Below, one piece after another: positions 12,171-24,915 of a stretch of DNA of 64,000 nucleotides (position 1 is its first letter; the number at the start of each line of letters is the position of its first letter). Source of the DNA: Octopus sinensis (lineage: Eukaryota); NCBI RefSeq assembly GCF_006345805.1, contig NC_043014.1, positions 13,268,001 through 13,332,000 of the forward strand, read 5' to 3'. The notes beneath the pieces are model-generated. The model saw nothing but the letters and a program-made list of their open reading frames with translations, had not been told where the DNA came from and did no database searches. A program made the position numbers and the translations under genes.

Positions 12171-15100
12171 TCATAGGATTCTGCTCAAGGTGGCTTCGTC
12201 ATTCATACGTGCCATCCTTGCTACATTCACCCATCTTTGTTTAAAACATTCGCTAGACAAAACTTGCCTCTCTACTCTCACTTTCCTTTTCAAGTGGTAC
12301 TTGAAGAAGTTGATGAGAGATTGACCAGAGAGGAAAGTGTTTGTCTCCAATCCTTTCAGACGCGTCCACCAGATACATTCTTTCGCCATAGCCACAAGGA
12401 TGATGAAAATAGCTCTTCCTTCCCGTTTGAAGGAAGGAACCGTGACAATATTGACGATAGACTTAGCTGATAAACCGACTCGTCCCACACGTGACAGCAG
12501 TTGTTCGACATAAGCCCACAGGTCGGAAATTGTTGGACACTGCACGCTCTCGTGCAGAACGGTTTCGTCGCTCTGACCGCATCTCAGGCAGGTCGGCCCT
12601 GTGTTTCTCGAGCCGTGTCTGTAGAGCTTATCCCAAACGGGTAGCGCTTCTCGGTAGCACTGCCAGGCCAGGGATCTCTGAAAGTTGTCCATGGGCCCTG
12701 GCCCGAAAGTCGTCCCGAACAGGCGGGTCAGGTACTCCTCGTCAACGTCCAGGTTCGCCCCGAGCTCGTCGTCGTACCTCCCCTCCACTAATCCCCTATA
12801 GAATGCTTTGGTTGTGATGAAGTCACTCAAGGTCGACCCAGGACGGCAGAGTTGCTTGAGAGCAACGCGACACTCGAGGTGCCATTCGCCCTTCCTCGGC
12901 CTCTTTTTGATCCACGACTGCAGTTCGGTCATGGAGACGAGCTGCGGGAAAGCGTGCCTCACAAACGGCGACCACACCAGTTCACCGTCGTCTACGAAGA
13001 GCCTGAGATGTCACAGTCTCAGCACGTGTCTGCGCATCATCAACCATGGCATGCCCAGTCCTCCTTTTAACGGGTGTTGACAGCAAATGGATCGCCTGAC
13101 CATCGGGACGCATCCTTTCCACAAGAAGCGAAAGAGAATGCGTTCTAGTTTGGTGATGGTAGGGTCGGGACAAGGCACGACGGTAGTAGATGACGGACGC
13201 GATGTACGTGTTCGCCACCTCCGCCCGACCTTTTAGGGACAGTTTCCTCTCGGCCCATTGCCGGGCGAGAGTGACCACCCTACTCGTTATCTCGTTCCAG
13301 TTCTTCTCCACTTGGAGGTCCGGACCGAACCAGACCCCAAGCAACTCGACCGGGCCGTCGGTCCAGCGTCCCACGACGGAGGCGCTGGTGGACGGCATGG
13401 GCTTGCTTCTCCAGGTGCCTAGTCGCAAGCCCACTGACTTTTCCCGGTTGATTTTCGCTCCTGTCACCGCTTCATAGTTTTTCAGTGTCTCGCCGACCTG
13501 CTCGATGTGCTCGTGGCTAGACACTATGACGGTGACGTCGTCCGCGTATGCAGACACGCTCGTCCCGCATCCCAGTTCTCGCGGGATGCCCCTCAAAGTT
13601 GCCAGCTTCCGCAATAATGGCTCGAGAGTCAATACGTATAGAAGCAACGAGAGGGGGCATCCCTGACGGACCGAACGTGCGATGTCGAAAGGTCTCGATA
13701 GATGTCCATTTACGTGAATTACCAAACGGATGCCTCTGTACAAAGCGGCTATCCAGCCGCAGAAGACAGGACCGAAGCCAGCCGCTCTGAGAACTGCCTC
13801 CAAGTATCGATGGTCCACCCTATCGAAAGCTTTCGATTGATCCAAATTGATCAGCGCCCCACCCATGCCGGATTCGTTAACTACCCTGTCTATGATGTAA
13901 CGCATCAGGTGGAGGTTGTCATGGATGGTCCCGCCCGGCACGGCACATGTTTGCGCCTTGTCGACCAGTTTCTCAATGACAAGCGCCAACCTCTTGGCTA
14001 GCACCTTGGCCAAAATTTTCAAGTCTGCATTAAGCAGGGTGATGGGCCTAAAGTTATATATTACATTTCCCTTGTTTAGATCTTTCTTCAGCAGTGTTAC
14101 GGCTCCTCGGCTCACAAAACCAGGAATGCTCCCGTTTTGCTGCCAGTTGCAGTACACCGCCGCCAAGACATCTCCAAACAAGTCTGGCATACAATTGTAA
14201 AGCTTGTAGGGTAGACCATCCAAACCCGGTGATTTGTCCCTCGAGCATTCTGCCATCGCGTCCTGCACTTCCGCAGCACCCTGCCTCTCTTGTTGAGAGT
14301 CATGGTAGGCTGTGTAGGTAGGCACTGAAGTCCACCCTACGTTCTTGCCCGCCACTCATCCCGAACAGTCGGGCAAAATGCTGTTGAAAGGCCTCACACA
14401 TTTTACTTGGCTCGAGCAATTCGCGTCCCTGTTCATCTACCAGAGACCAAATGGTGGCTTTGTTGCCCTGTTGCGCCTCTGCCACCCGGGCCTCACTCAT
14501 GGCTCCAACACCTTCATTCCTTAGAGCACGCATCCTAGCTCTGACAGCACACCCTTCGTGTTTGGCGTTGAAATGTTGGTCGAGGGCCAACCTCGCCGCC
14601 AAAACGTCGGATGCGATGCCGCTTCTAATTGCTTCTTCTAGCTTCTTAACTAGCTCACCCTCTACTCTATTTCTATCTATGGCTAGTGCTTTGCTGTACC
14701 TAATTACTTCTGCTTTTACTGCTCTCTTGAGGGCAAACCACTATTTGTTGTTGATGATGGCTCCCGTCAAAGCCCTCTTTACTAGTGTGTTAATCTGGTT
14801 TCTGAAAACCTGTCACGATGGGAAAAACGCGTTTAGTTTCCAGTATCTGGGACCCTGTCTAAGTGTCTTACCTAAGTCTAGCGTACATGTCACAAGTTTG
14901 TGATCCATGTAGCTGACTATGTGGAATTGTGGACATCCTATGCTATCTCTATCTACTGTCCTACACAGTATCCTATCTAGATACGATCTCGACAACCCGA
15001 TGCGGTTGCTCCATGTCCACGTTGGCGCATTCGGGTGATCTAGTTGGAACCTGTCAGACAGTTGAAAGCGTCTGAGCAGGTCTCTGAGGCATTTGCATCC

Positions 15101-15580
15101 CCGTCTATTCCTATCTCTACCCACGTAGTCTACATGCGTGTCCAAGGTAGCATTCCAATCCCCCACTAAGAGTAAAGGACGAGACGTTCCCAAGAATACT
15201 TCTAGACGTTGAAAGAAATCCGCCCGACCTGTTAAGGGCGGTGCGTAGACTGATACGAGTCGAAAAGCGCACCCATTGCTGCCGTCGACATCCAGGACGA
15301 CCAGTCTACCTTCCGGGTCTACGAATATTGTCTTTACTTTGAGATCCAGACTCTTGCGAAAAAGTACCGCGGTGCCACTACTGCCCATTCTTGGCAGACA
15401 GGGGGAAAAATAAATGTTGAACTGTCCGCCAAACATGGTCTTTAGGGCCCGTGGATTGTGGAGTTTGGTCTCACTTATGGCTATGATTTCTAACTTATGT
15501 GACTTTATGTCATTTAAGAGGTACCCTTGTTTCCAAGGGGACCCCAAGCCACGCGCATTTACACAACCAATCTTGATCAT
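12171..15580 (-). pseudogene. Tx1/L1 ORF2 (AP endonuclease, reverse transcriptase, zf-RVT) broken by frameshifts
   Basis: MIKIGCVNARGL...ISETK...GDWNA...SYLDR...DHK (APE, 14813-15580); KSPGLDGLP, FRPITLL, DQSKAFDRV, VRQGCPLS, AYADD (RT, 12982-14355); CLRCGQSDETVLH (12171-12977). Confidence 0.93.
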
Positions 15581-15624
15581 AATCCTAATGAATTAGAATA
15601 CAAGTGAAAGGAACAGAGGGTTAC

Positions 15625-17370
15625 TTACTGCTCGAAAGTTTTTGCTTTCTCCTCCTTTGGTTTGTCCTCGAGGAGATCCCAGTACAGTTTCTTTGTGAGA
15701 TATTTTTGGCATTTACCAACTGCACTGGGGAAAATGCCTTTGAGTGTGTGGTGCAGACTTTTGGAGATGTGTAATATTTTGATGTGGTCTGGTGGTGTTG
15801 TGTATGGGTGATTGTTTGTTTTTATGTCATCTTCTGTTATGTTTGTTTTTGATTTGATGTATTCCATCAAATTTGTGTTTTTGGTGTGTATAGCTGTGAG
15901 CATGTTTGCTGTATATATTTTTGTGGTGTTGGTGTGGCTGTTGTTTGTGTTGGGTTTTGAAATGTCTTCGGGAGATGTATTTCCCCCTGCTTTGTTTGTG
16001 TTTGCATTTGGTTTGGTTGTGTTTCTGCTCTTTATTTTCCTTCTTTTTGTAGCTATTTGCCATTCCTCACTGGTTTCGTCTTCCGACGAAATTTCTGAGG
16101 AATAAGTAGGGAGTAGGGGTATGTTGTAGGCTTCTATGTATGTCTGTGTAAGTGGTTGTGCTGTTGTTTTCGTTGCTGTTGGTTGTTGAGTGTCTGTGTG
16201 TGGTGAGTGCGGTATGAGGGATGGGGAATCAGTTTTTGTGTATTTTCTTTGTTTTTCTGTTCCTTTGGTTCTTGCTGTTGTTGGTGGTGTTGGTATTTTT
16301 TCAGGTGTTGAGTAATTTTTGGTTGTTGACGGATTAGCTTGGTGTGCTTCTCTTGTCGTCTTCTGTGTTGATGGTGGTGTGGGTAGTAGAGCTTTTTTTC
16401 CGGAGTGTTTTGGTTGTGGTAGTGGTTGTTGTTGTTGCTCTTGGTGTGCAGCGGTTGGGCACGTCTTTTTCAAATGTGTTTCACTTCCACACAAATAGCA
16501 GCGTGGTCGCCTGCCCTCTACCATTACATAAAGTTTGTAGCCTCCTGGCAGTTCTATAGTGGTGGGTATCTTTTCTCTTGCTGTTTCATCCAATTGAAGA
16601 AGGAATTGGATTGATTTTCCCACATAGTCTTTCTGTTCTAGAACAGCGATTTCAAGGATGTTTGTCTCTGCCATTTCAAAGCAGATGGCTGAGACTAACC
16701 ATTGTGTTTCTACTTCAGGGGGTACATTTTTTATTTGGACTTTTCGTCACTCTCTAGTTTAAATAGGTTGGTATCATTACCAAGTCGTCTGAATGCAGCT
16801 TCAATGTGGAAAATCGTTTTGCTAAATTTTCGTTGAGGAAACGTACTTGGACTGTACCAAATTTATTTCCCCAACTGATATACTCCTTGGAGTCCCATGC
16901 AGGACGAAGGCATTTTAAATTTTTTCCTGCGGTGCATTTTCTGGTCGTTTTGTTTTCTTGTTTATTACTTTGTAGATTATTGGGTTTTTTTGTGTGTTTT
17001 CCACGATGTGCTGTGGAGTGTGAAGATGCAATTTGTCTCCTTCTTTGGTGAAGAGTGCTTTTGTGAGGTTTATTTCCTGTGTGGTGAATTTTACGATTGT
17101 TCGTTTTTGTTTTGTCGCATCCGCGAAATTCGTTTTAATTTTGGTGGTGTTAGCAGCAGAAGAGTTAGTTATAGCAGCTGAAGTCGTGGTAGTGGTGTTG
17201 GTGTTGGCGGTGCTGTCTTTGGTAGGCGGCTTTGTGCCGATTTCGTTGTTGTTGTTGGTGGTGATGGTGGTGGTGCTGGCATTCATGTTTTCGTCTGTAT
17301 TCGTTTTTGGGCAATCTTTCGTCTTTAGTAGACCTTTCCGTCGATTTCCGTAAAAAAATTTTTTTAACAT
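15625..17370 (-). pseudogene. Tx1/L1 ORF1 (gag-like, CCHC zinc knuckle) with a frameshift and a stop near 16760-16920
   Basis: RPRCYLCGSETHLKKTC = CX2CX4HX4C; ORFs 16915-17370 and 15625-16674 are joined by an interrupted frame. Confidence 0.85.
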
Positions 17371-17692
17371 ATGGGCTTGCGGGAACTTTTGAAGTAATGA
17401 GAGCGAAAGAGACTAAGAGAAAGCGATTGTATGACGAGGGAAGTTCTTTTGAAGGTACCGTGCATGGGAGCATTGATGGACATGTGTGTGTGTGCGTGCG
17501 TGTGTGTGTTTGATGGGGTGTGGGAGACAGACAGTATGTTGTGTAAGTGAAGTGCTTCTGTTAGTGTGTGTGAAGAGACAGAGTAATGTGTGAAAGAAAG
17601 AGATAACTGAAATTTTTTACTCGGTGTATGTGTATATGTATGTATATTACTTCAAAAGTTCCCGCAAGCCCATATGTAAAAAAAATGTTTGA

Positions 17693-17729
<37 letters not shown>

Positions 17730-18252
17730 GAGTGAGAGTTCATGCCATCAAAGTGACACTGGGGTAGACTACCCGTCTGATAAGGGTACACCAGGCACAT
17801 GCATCACAACCATATGTGCGTGACATGGTGATCTTATATCAAGATAAACAGCACATGACGTTGCAGGTGGGGCCCAGTTAGAATTTTCTTCAGGTTGAGT
17901 AGCCCATCCGCTCAAAAGGTCCCTGAATAAGGGTTGTTTAAGGATGTTGAAAGAACCACCCATGTTTCCAGAGGTGAATTATTCAAACCCCAAAGAATCC
18001 CTCTCAACACATGGCTATGATGCTCCCCCACTACTTCTGCTCGTGATCAGAGATGCACATATCGTCAGCCACTAAGGGACATCCTCAACTGGTTAAGGTC
18101 AAACAACTGATAAGCAAATCTGTGGTACTGAGCAGAATATTTGCTGTAGCCCATCTTTTATACCAAGACAAAACAATGTACATGATAACACTTCCAATCA
18201 GTTAAGATCAGAAGCCATGAGAGCCACTGTCTGGTACTGCATCAGGGCATTT
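17730..18252 (-). mobile_element. LINE 3'UTR-like repeat flanked by (TAA)n on both sides, probably Dong/R4 clade
   Basis: Same repeat at 20600-20775 and 60345-60812; (ATT)n on both flanks here. Dong/R4 elements are known (TAA)n targeters; the clade assignment is inference. Confidence 0.55.
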
Positions 18253-19941
18253 ATTATTATTATTATTATTATTATTGTTGTTGTTGTTGTTCTGGTCACT
18301 GCTTGGAATCGAACTCAGAATCTTGGGGTTAGTAGCCTGCACTCTTAACCACTACGCCATAATTCCTCATCTCTTAAATATAGAATTGATAGAGTGTTCT
18401 GAATGCTAAAGGGTTAAAGGTGTGGAAAGGAAGGAGGAGCTGATCTGACAGAAGGGGAAGAAAAAGGGGAGGAGCACTAATGAGGAGTGGTGCGAGAGAT
18501 TGGTGGGGGAGGGAGAAAGGGAGATGGGTGGTGGGGGTAAAGTTTGTAGCTAAAAATCTATGTTAGATGAAATGTCAGAGAGAGAGGTAAGGAGGAGCTA
18601 GTCACATAAGGAGAGTCATGTGAGGTGCAGGTGGGAGGTAAGTGGGAATGGAATGCTGGAACATGAGTGGCCAAAGGTTGACATTAGACAATGAAGAGGG
18701 ATGACACACAGGGGCCACATAAACAAAATGAGGTGAGGGAGTTCCAATAAGGGAAGGGTAATTAAATGAAAAGAACATTGAAACAATGATCAGAAAGGAA
18801 TGGCAAGTGAGAATGGAAAGAATATTTATTTCTTTGTTGCCCACAAGGGGCTAAATATAGAGGGGACAGACAAGGACAGACAAAGTGATTAAGTCAATTA
18901 CATCGACACCACTGGTACTTATTTAATCAACCCCAAAGGGACGAAAGGCAAAGTTGACCTTGGTAGAATTTGAACTCAGGACATAGCAGCAGCTGAAATA
19001 TTGCTAAGCATTCCGGCCAGCGTGCTAACGATTCTGCCAGCTAAGAATGTTGATGGCCTGCTGGCAGACTCGTTGTGAGTTCAAATTCCGCTGAGGTCGA
19101 CTTTGCCTTTCATCCTTTCGGGGTCGATAAATTAAGTACCAGTTACGCACTGGGGTCGATGTAATTGTCTTAATACCTATGTCTGTTCTTGTTTGTCCCC
19201 TCTGTGTTTAGCCCCTTGTGGGTAATAAAGAAATAGGTATGAAGAATGTAGGATATTGAGCATTTGTGAGGAGTGGTCAGAATTGAAAGCACCAAAAAAG
19301 GGTCCAGAGAGTTTTATTTTGGTGGAGAGGAGAAATTCTACTAATACCACCACCACCATTAACATCATCATCATCATTTAGCGTCCATTTTCCATGCTGG
19401 CATGGGTTAGACTGTTTGACTATGACCAGTAAGCTGGAGACCTGTGCCAGGTTCCAGTCTGATTTAGCTTGGTTTCTATGGGTGGATGCTCCTCCTAATG
19501 CCAACCACTCCAAGAGTGGAATGGGTGTCTCTTATGTGTCACTGATAATGGCCATGACTATGATTTCAATTGGCTTGATGTGTCTTCTCAAGCACAGCAA
19601 ATCACCAAAGCTCTCAATCACTTATGTATATGTGTGTATATATATATATGTATGTGTGTCTGTATGTATATATGATGGGCTTCTTTCAGTTTCCATCTAC
19701 CAAATCTACTCACAAGATTTTGGTCAGCTTGGGGCTAAGGTAGAAGACACTTCCCCAAAGTGCCATACAGTGGGTCTGAACTTGGGACCACATCCTTGGA
19801 AAGTAAGTTTCTTAACCACACAGCCATGCTTGTACTTGTAATCAAAATAAATTAATGTCTTCTGCTATAGTCCTGGGCCAGCCAAAGCCTTGTGAGTGGA
19901 TTTGTAACATGGAAACTGAAAGAAGCCTGTTGTATACATAC

Positions 19942-20010
<69 letters not shown>

Positions 20011-20115
20011 CTGTAATCCTCCCAGGAATATGGACTATGATCTTAAGAAACATGTGATTTGTGGAAATGTTTGTGGTGATGCATTAAAATATTTACAAAA
20101 TTCATTCATGGATTA

Positions 20116-20164
<49 letters not shown>

Positions 20165-20530
20165 GTTACCTCCACCTTAGCAAAAGCAGAGGTATTGTTT
20201 TCAGTGATGTTTGTTTCTTTGCTTGTTTGTCCAAGGACAAGATAACTCAAGAACTGCAGGATGGATTCAGATGAAACTTTCAGAGATGTTTGGCCTTGTG
20301 ACTGGTACAAACTGATTAAATTTTGGGATCAATTCAGTACCAGACAAGGATTCTGCATTATTTTTCCTGTATTTTTACTTAATTTTTGAGAGTGGTGGGC
20401 TCATTTTTAGTATTCTCGTTTGTGAGAGTAGTCGAGTTTATTTTAGATATTCTCATATTTAAAAAATCATCTCTGATGAGAGGATGCTAGTGTTGCCCTG
20501 GTGGAAGTTTGCATCCTGAGTGCTCTTGTT
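20165..20530 (+). mobile_element. non-autonomous DNA element (TACCTCC...CTGAGTGCTCTTG termini, Crypton-like)
   Basis: Terminal motifs resemble a widespread animal non-autonomous element class; sits between (ATT)n arrays. Confidence 0.4.
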
Positions 20531-20537
20531 GTTGTTG

Positions 20538-20602
<65 letters not shown>

Positions 20603-21026
20603 GTGTGAGAGAGCAGTGCATGCTATCAAAGTGACAGTGGGGTAAAATATACGAAGCCCAGTATACCCATCATGACTACCCGTCTGATAAAGGTACACTA
20701 GGCACATGCATCATAACCATATGTGCATGACATGGTGATCTCATATCAAGATAAACACCACATGACCTTGCAGGTATGGCCCGGCACGTAAAAAGCACCA
20801 TCCGATCGTGGCCGTTTGCCAGCCTCGTCTGGCACCTTTGCCGGTGGCACGTAAAAAGCACCCACTGCACTCACGGAGTGTTTGGCGTTAGGAAGGGCAT
20901 CCAACCGTAGAAACATTGCCAGATCAGACTGGGCCTGGTGCAGCCTTCTGGCTTCCCAGACCCCAGTTGAACCGTCCAACCCATGCTAGCATGGAAAGCG
21001 GACGCTAAACGATGATGATGATGATG

Positions 21027-21067
<41 letters not shown>

Positions 21068-21079
21068 TATTATCATCAT

Positions 21080-21114
<35 letters not shown>

Positions 21115-22319
21115 AGGTGGCAAGCTGGCAGAAACGTTAGCATGCTGGGTGAAATGCTTAATGGTACTTTGTCCGTTTTCATGCTCTGTGTTCAAATTCT
21201 TCCCAGGTCGACTTTCACTCCTTTCTGGGCCAATAAATTAAGTACCAGTTAGACACTGGGATGGATGATTACATCTATCCTCCTCCTCCAAAAGTTTACA
21301 CCTTGTGCCTATATTACAAAGGATTCTTATTAATCTTAGTACTATATTTATCCCAAATTATATCAGGACAACTCAGTGTAACCCCCAAAAACTGGTATTG
21401 CTAGTTGGCATCATTCAATAAGAGCTTTTATATACATATTCAAAACGTTTCCCATAAACAAACTTAATAAATACTCTTTTACTTGTTTCAGTCAGTTGGC
21501 TGCGGCCATGCTGGAGCACCGCCTTTAGTCGAGCAACTAGACCCTGGGACTTATTCTTTGTAAGCCCAGTACTTATTCAATCAGTCTCTTTTGCTGAACC
21601 GCTAGGTGACGGGGACATAAACACACCAGCATCGGTTGTCAAGCAATGCTAGGGGGACAAACACAGACACACAAACATACACGCACACATATATATATAT
21701 ATATGACGGGCTTCTTTCAGTTTCCGTCTACCAAATCCACTTACAAGGCTTTGGTCGGCCCAAGGCTATAGTAGAAGACACTTGCCCAAGGTGCCACGTA
21801 GTGGGACTGAACCTGGAACCATGTGTTGGTAAGCAAGCTACTTACCACACAGTCACTCCTGCGCCTATATATATATTTTTTCATAATTATGATGCGCACT
21901 CTTAACCCTTTACTTGACCTTTCCTCTGTCTTCCTCTCTACATGTCTCTCTCCTTCTTATTTTTAACCCTTTCTGGTTTCTTTTCCTCTCTCACTCCTCC
22001 TCCTCCTCCTTTCTCTCTCTCACTCCTCCTCCTCCCTCTGGCCGCTGACTGGAGGACTGCTAACTTTCTTTCTGCCCACTGCTTTCAACAAGTCAACATT
22101 GTCTTTTTTCTCTCTTCACAAGCCGATCTTCTGAATGCGTTCTAACAAATTTTTCCACCGTCTAGGCTTAAAAAAGCCCTTATTGTTGGTTTCCTTGTCC
22201 TGTTTTTATTCTTTATTTGTACTGTTTTTTTCTTCATTTGTATTGCTTTTACGTCCTGCTCTTGTCACTTATTTTTTTTTACCCCTCTGCAAAAGAATTT
22301 TATTTAATTCATTTTGCAG

Positions 22320-22597
22320 GACAGACTGCTTTGGCTGGATCATGTTCTGCCCTTACCTTCAAAACACGCATTGAATCGAAACTGATGAAGGGGAATATTC
22401 CTTGTATCGTTTGTCTTGTACTCTGTTTATTCGTAGTTAAAAAAAAGTCCATTTCCTTCTTTGATTTTATTCGTTTCTCATTGTGTTCTATGTTTATTTG
22501 TGGTGTCCTGTACTCATATATGCATGTATATATACATATAGATTTAGGTATGTACATATATGTATGTATGCATATGTTTTATTTATTAAATTGTTAT

Positions 22598-22600
<3 letters not shown>
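22320..22600 (+). repeat. interspersed repeat, second copy inverted at about 33895-34165; Penelope-terminus-like
   Basis: High similarity between the two copies; contains CTGA(T/A)GA and GAAAC motifs, not arranged as a foldable hammerhead. Confidence 0.6.
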
Positions 22601-22639
<39 letters not shown>

Positions 22640-22865
22640 CCGGAGTAAACACATAAATGTGAAACAAGGTGGAAAAAAGAGTACTCAAATACCAGAGGTA
22701 GAGTAATATGCTTTATTTAAAAGCAGCAGAAATTCAACAAGAGCTGTTACTCGGAGTTTCATGTTCCTATTGGTTGGACAGTTTTGTTAAAAAAACTTTC
22801 CGACGAATAGGAACGTGAAACTTTGAGTAACAGGTTTTGTTAAATTTCTGCTGCTTTTAAATAAA

Positions 22866-22870
<5 letters not shown>
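22640..22870. mobile_element. foldback element in a (TA)n array, with degenerate hammerhead-like motif in each arm
   Basis: Inverted arms 22711-22785 and 22792-22866. The + arm reads CTTT-CCGACGA-stem II-GAAA-CT(TTG)AG-TA-ACAG. Confidence 0.65.
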
Positions 22871-22901
<31 letters not shown>

Positions 22902-22949
22902 TCATCAATGTTTAATGTCTGCCTTCCATACTGGTGGTAAGACTGGGAT

Positions 22950-22993
<44 letters not shown>

Positions 22994-23046
22994 TAGATAG
23001 ATAGATAGATAGATATATATTTATCTATCTATCTATATATGTATAT

Positions 23047-24540
23047 CATCATCATCATCATCATCATTTAACGTCCGCTTTCCATGCTAGCATGGGTTGG
23101 ACGGTTCAACTGGGGTCTGGGGAGCCCGAAAGCTGCACCAGTCCAGTCAGATCTGGCAGTGTTTCTACAGCTGGATGCCCTTCCTAACGCCAACCACTCC
23201 GAGAGTGTAGTGGGTGATTTTATGTGCCACCGACACAGGTGCCAGACGAGGCTGACAAACGGCCACGCTCGGATGGTGTTTTTTATGTGCCACCGACACA
23301 GGTGCCAGACGAGGCTGGCAGACGGCCACGCTCGGATGGTGTTTTTATGTGCCACCGACACAGGTGCCAGATGAGGCTGGCAAACGGCCACGATCGGATG
23401 GTGCTTGTTACGTGCCCACAGCACGGAGGCCAGTCGATGCGGTACTGGCTACGGCCACGTTCGGATGGTTTTCTTATGTGCCACGTGCCACCGGCACTGG
23501 TACCACAAAGATACAAATTCCATTGATGTTCATCTATTTTGATTTGTTTTGATTTGATTTTCACTTGCCTCAACAGGTCTTCACAAGTGTCACAAGAAGG
23601 AAGGTATGCACAGGTGGACTGACTACGTCCCAGGTAGGGGCCATGGGTTATGGCCTGACTAGTCTTGCCGGGTCTTCGGATGGTGTTTTTATGTGCCACC
23701 GACACAGGTGCTAGATGAGGCTGGCGAACGGCCACGATCGGATGGTGTTTGTCATGTGCCCACCGCACTGACTACGGCACTGATGGATTTCTTGTGTGCC
23801 ACAGGCACTGGTACCACAAGATACAAATTCCATTGATGTTCATCTATTTTGTCTATTTTGATTTGATTTGATTTGATTTTCACTTGCCTCAACCGGTCTT
23901 CACAAGTGTCACAAGAAGGAAGGAAGGTATGCACAGGTGGACTGACTAGTCTTGCCGGGTCTTCGGAAGGTGTTTTTATGTGCCACCGACACAGGTGCCA
24001 GATGAGGCTGGCGAACGGCCATGATCGGATGGTGTTTGTTACGTGCCCACAGCACGGAGGCCGGTCGATGCGGAACTGGCTACGGCCACGTTCGGATGGT
24101 TCTCATGTGTGCCACCGGCACTGGTACCACAAAGATACAGATTCCATTGATGTTCATCTATTTTGATTTGTTTTGAATTGATTTTCACTTGCCTCAACAG
24201 GTCTTCACAAGTGTCACAAGAAGGAAGGTATGCACAGGTGGACTGACTACGTCCCAGGTAGGGGCCATGGGTTATGGCCTGACTAGTCTTGCCGGGTCTT
24301 CGGATGGTGTTTTTATGTGCCACCGACACAGGTGCTAGATGAGGCTGGCGAACGGCCACGATCGGATGGTGTTTGTCATGTGCCCACAGAACGGAGGCCA
24401 GTCGATGCGGTACTGGCTACGGCCACTTTCGGATGGTTTTCTCTTGTGTGCCACCGGCACTGGTACCACAAAGATACAAATTCCATTGATGTTCATCTAT
24501 TTTGATTTGTTTTGATTTGATTTTGATTTTGATTTTCACA
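23047..24540 (-). repeat. RTE 3'UTR with tandemly amplified roughly 300-360-bp units built from about 60-bp subrepeats
   Basis: Repeated TTTTATGTGCCACCGACACAGGTGCCAGATGAGGCTGGC...CGGATGGTG blocks and repeated GATACAAATTCCATTGATGTTCATC junction blocks. Confidence 0.85.
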
Positions 24541-24542
24541 TG

Positions 24543-24589
<47 letters not shown>

Positions 24590-24915
24590 ATTTATATGTG
24601 TGTTTGTGTGTGTGCATGTCTTTGTGTTTGTGTGTGTCTGTGCATTTCTGTGTTTGTGCTCGGCTTGTCCACCTACCACCACCACTTGACAACAGTTGGT
24701 TTGATTACATCCCCATAAATTCGTGGTTTGCCAATACAAGTCGATAAAATAAGTACCAGGCTTACTGCCGGGTCTGTTAGTCCAACTAAAATTCTCCAGA
24801 GTGGTGCCACAGCATGGGCACAGTCTAATGACCGAGCAGAGGAAAGATCATGATTGAACAACAACAATAAGAAATAACTTTGCGACTGAGGAGGAGCAAA
24901 ACTAGCTTGAAAATG

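Larger units (their letters stand above)
11730..17640 (-). mobile_element. near full-length Tx1/L1-clade non-LTR retrotransposon, degenerate
   Basis: About 270-nt 5'UTR, ORF1 with CCHC knuckle, ORF2 with APE, RT and C-terminal Cys-rich domains, 3'UTR with AATAAA at about 11742, ending in TATC/TC repeats. Confidence 0.92.

Noticed and set aside
20473-20525. CTGATGA followed by a GGATGC/GCATCC hairpin
   Set aside because: No GAAA after the stem and no stem I; it is the end of a DNA-type element.
22375-22410. GAAA and CTGATGA motifs in the 22.3/34.1-kb repeat
   Set aside because: The motif order and pairing do not give a type I, II or III hammerhead within a single copy.
23200-24480. CRISPR-like regularly repeated units
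   Set aside because: The spacers are themselves repeated, the units are RTE 3'UTR subrepeats, there are no cas genes and the context is eukaryotic.
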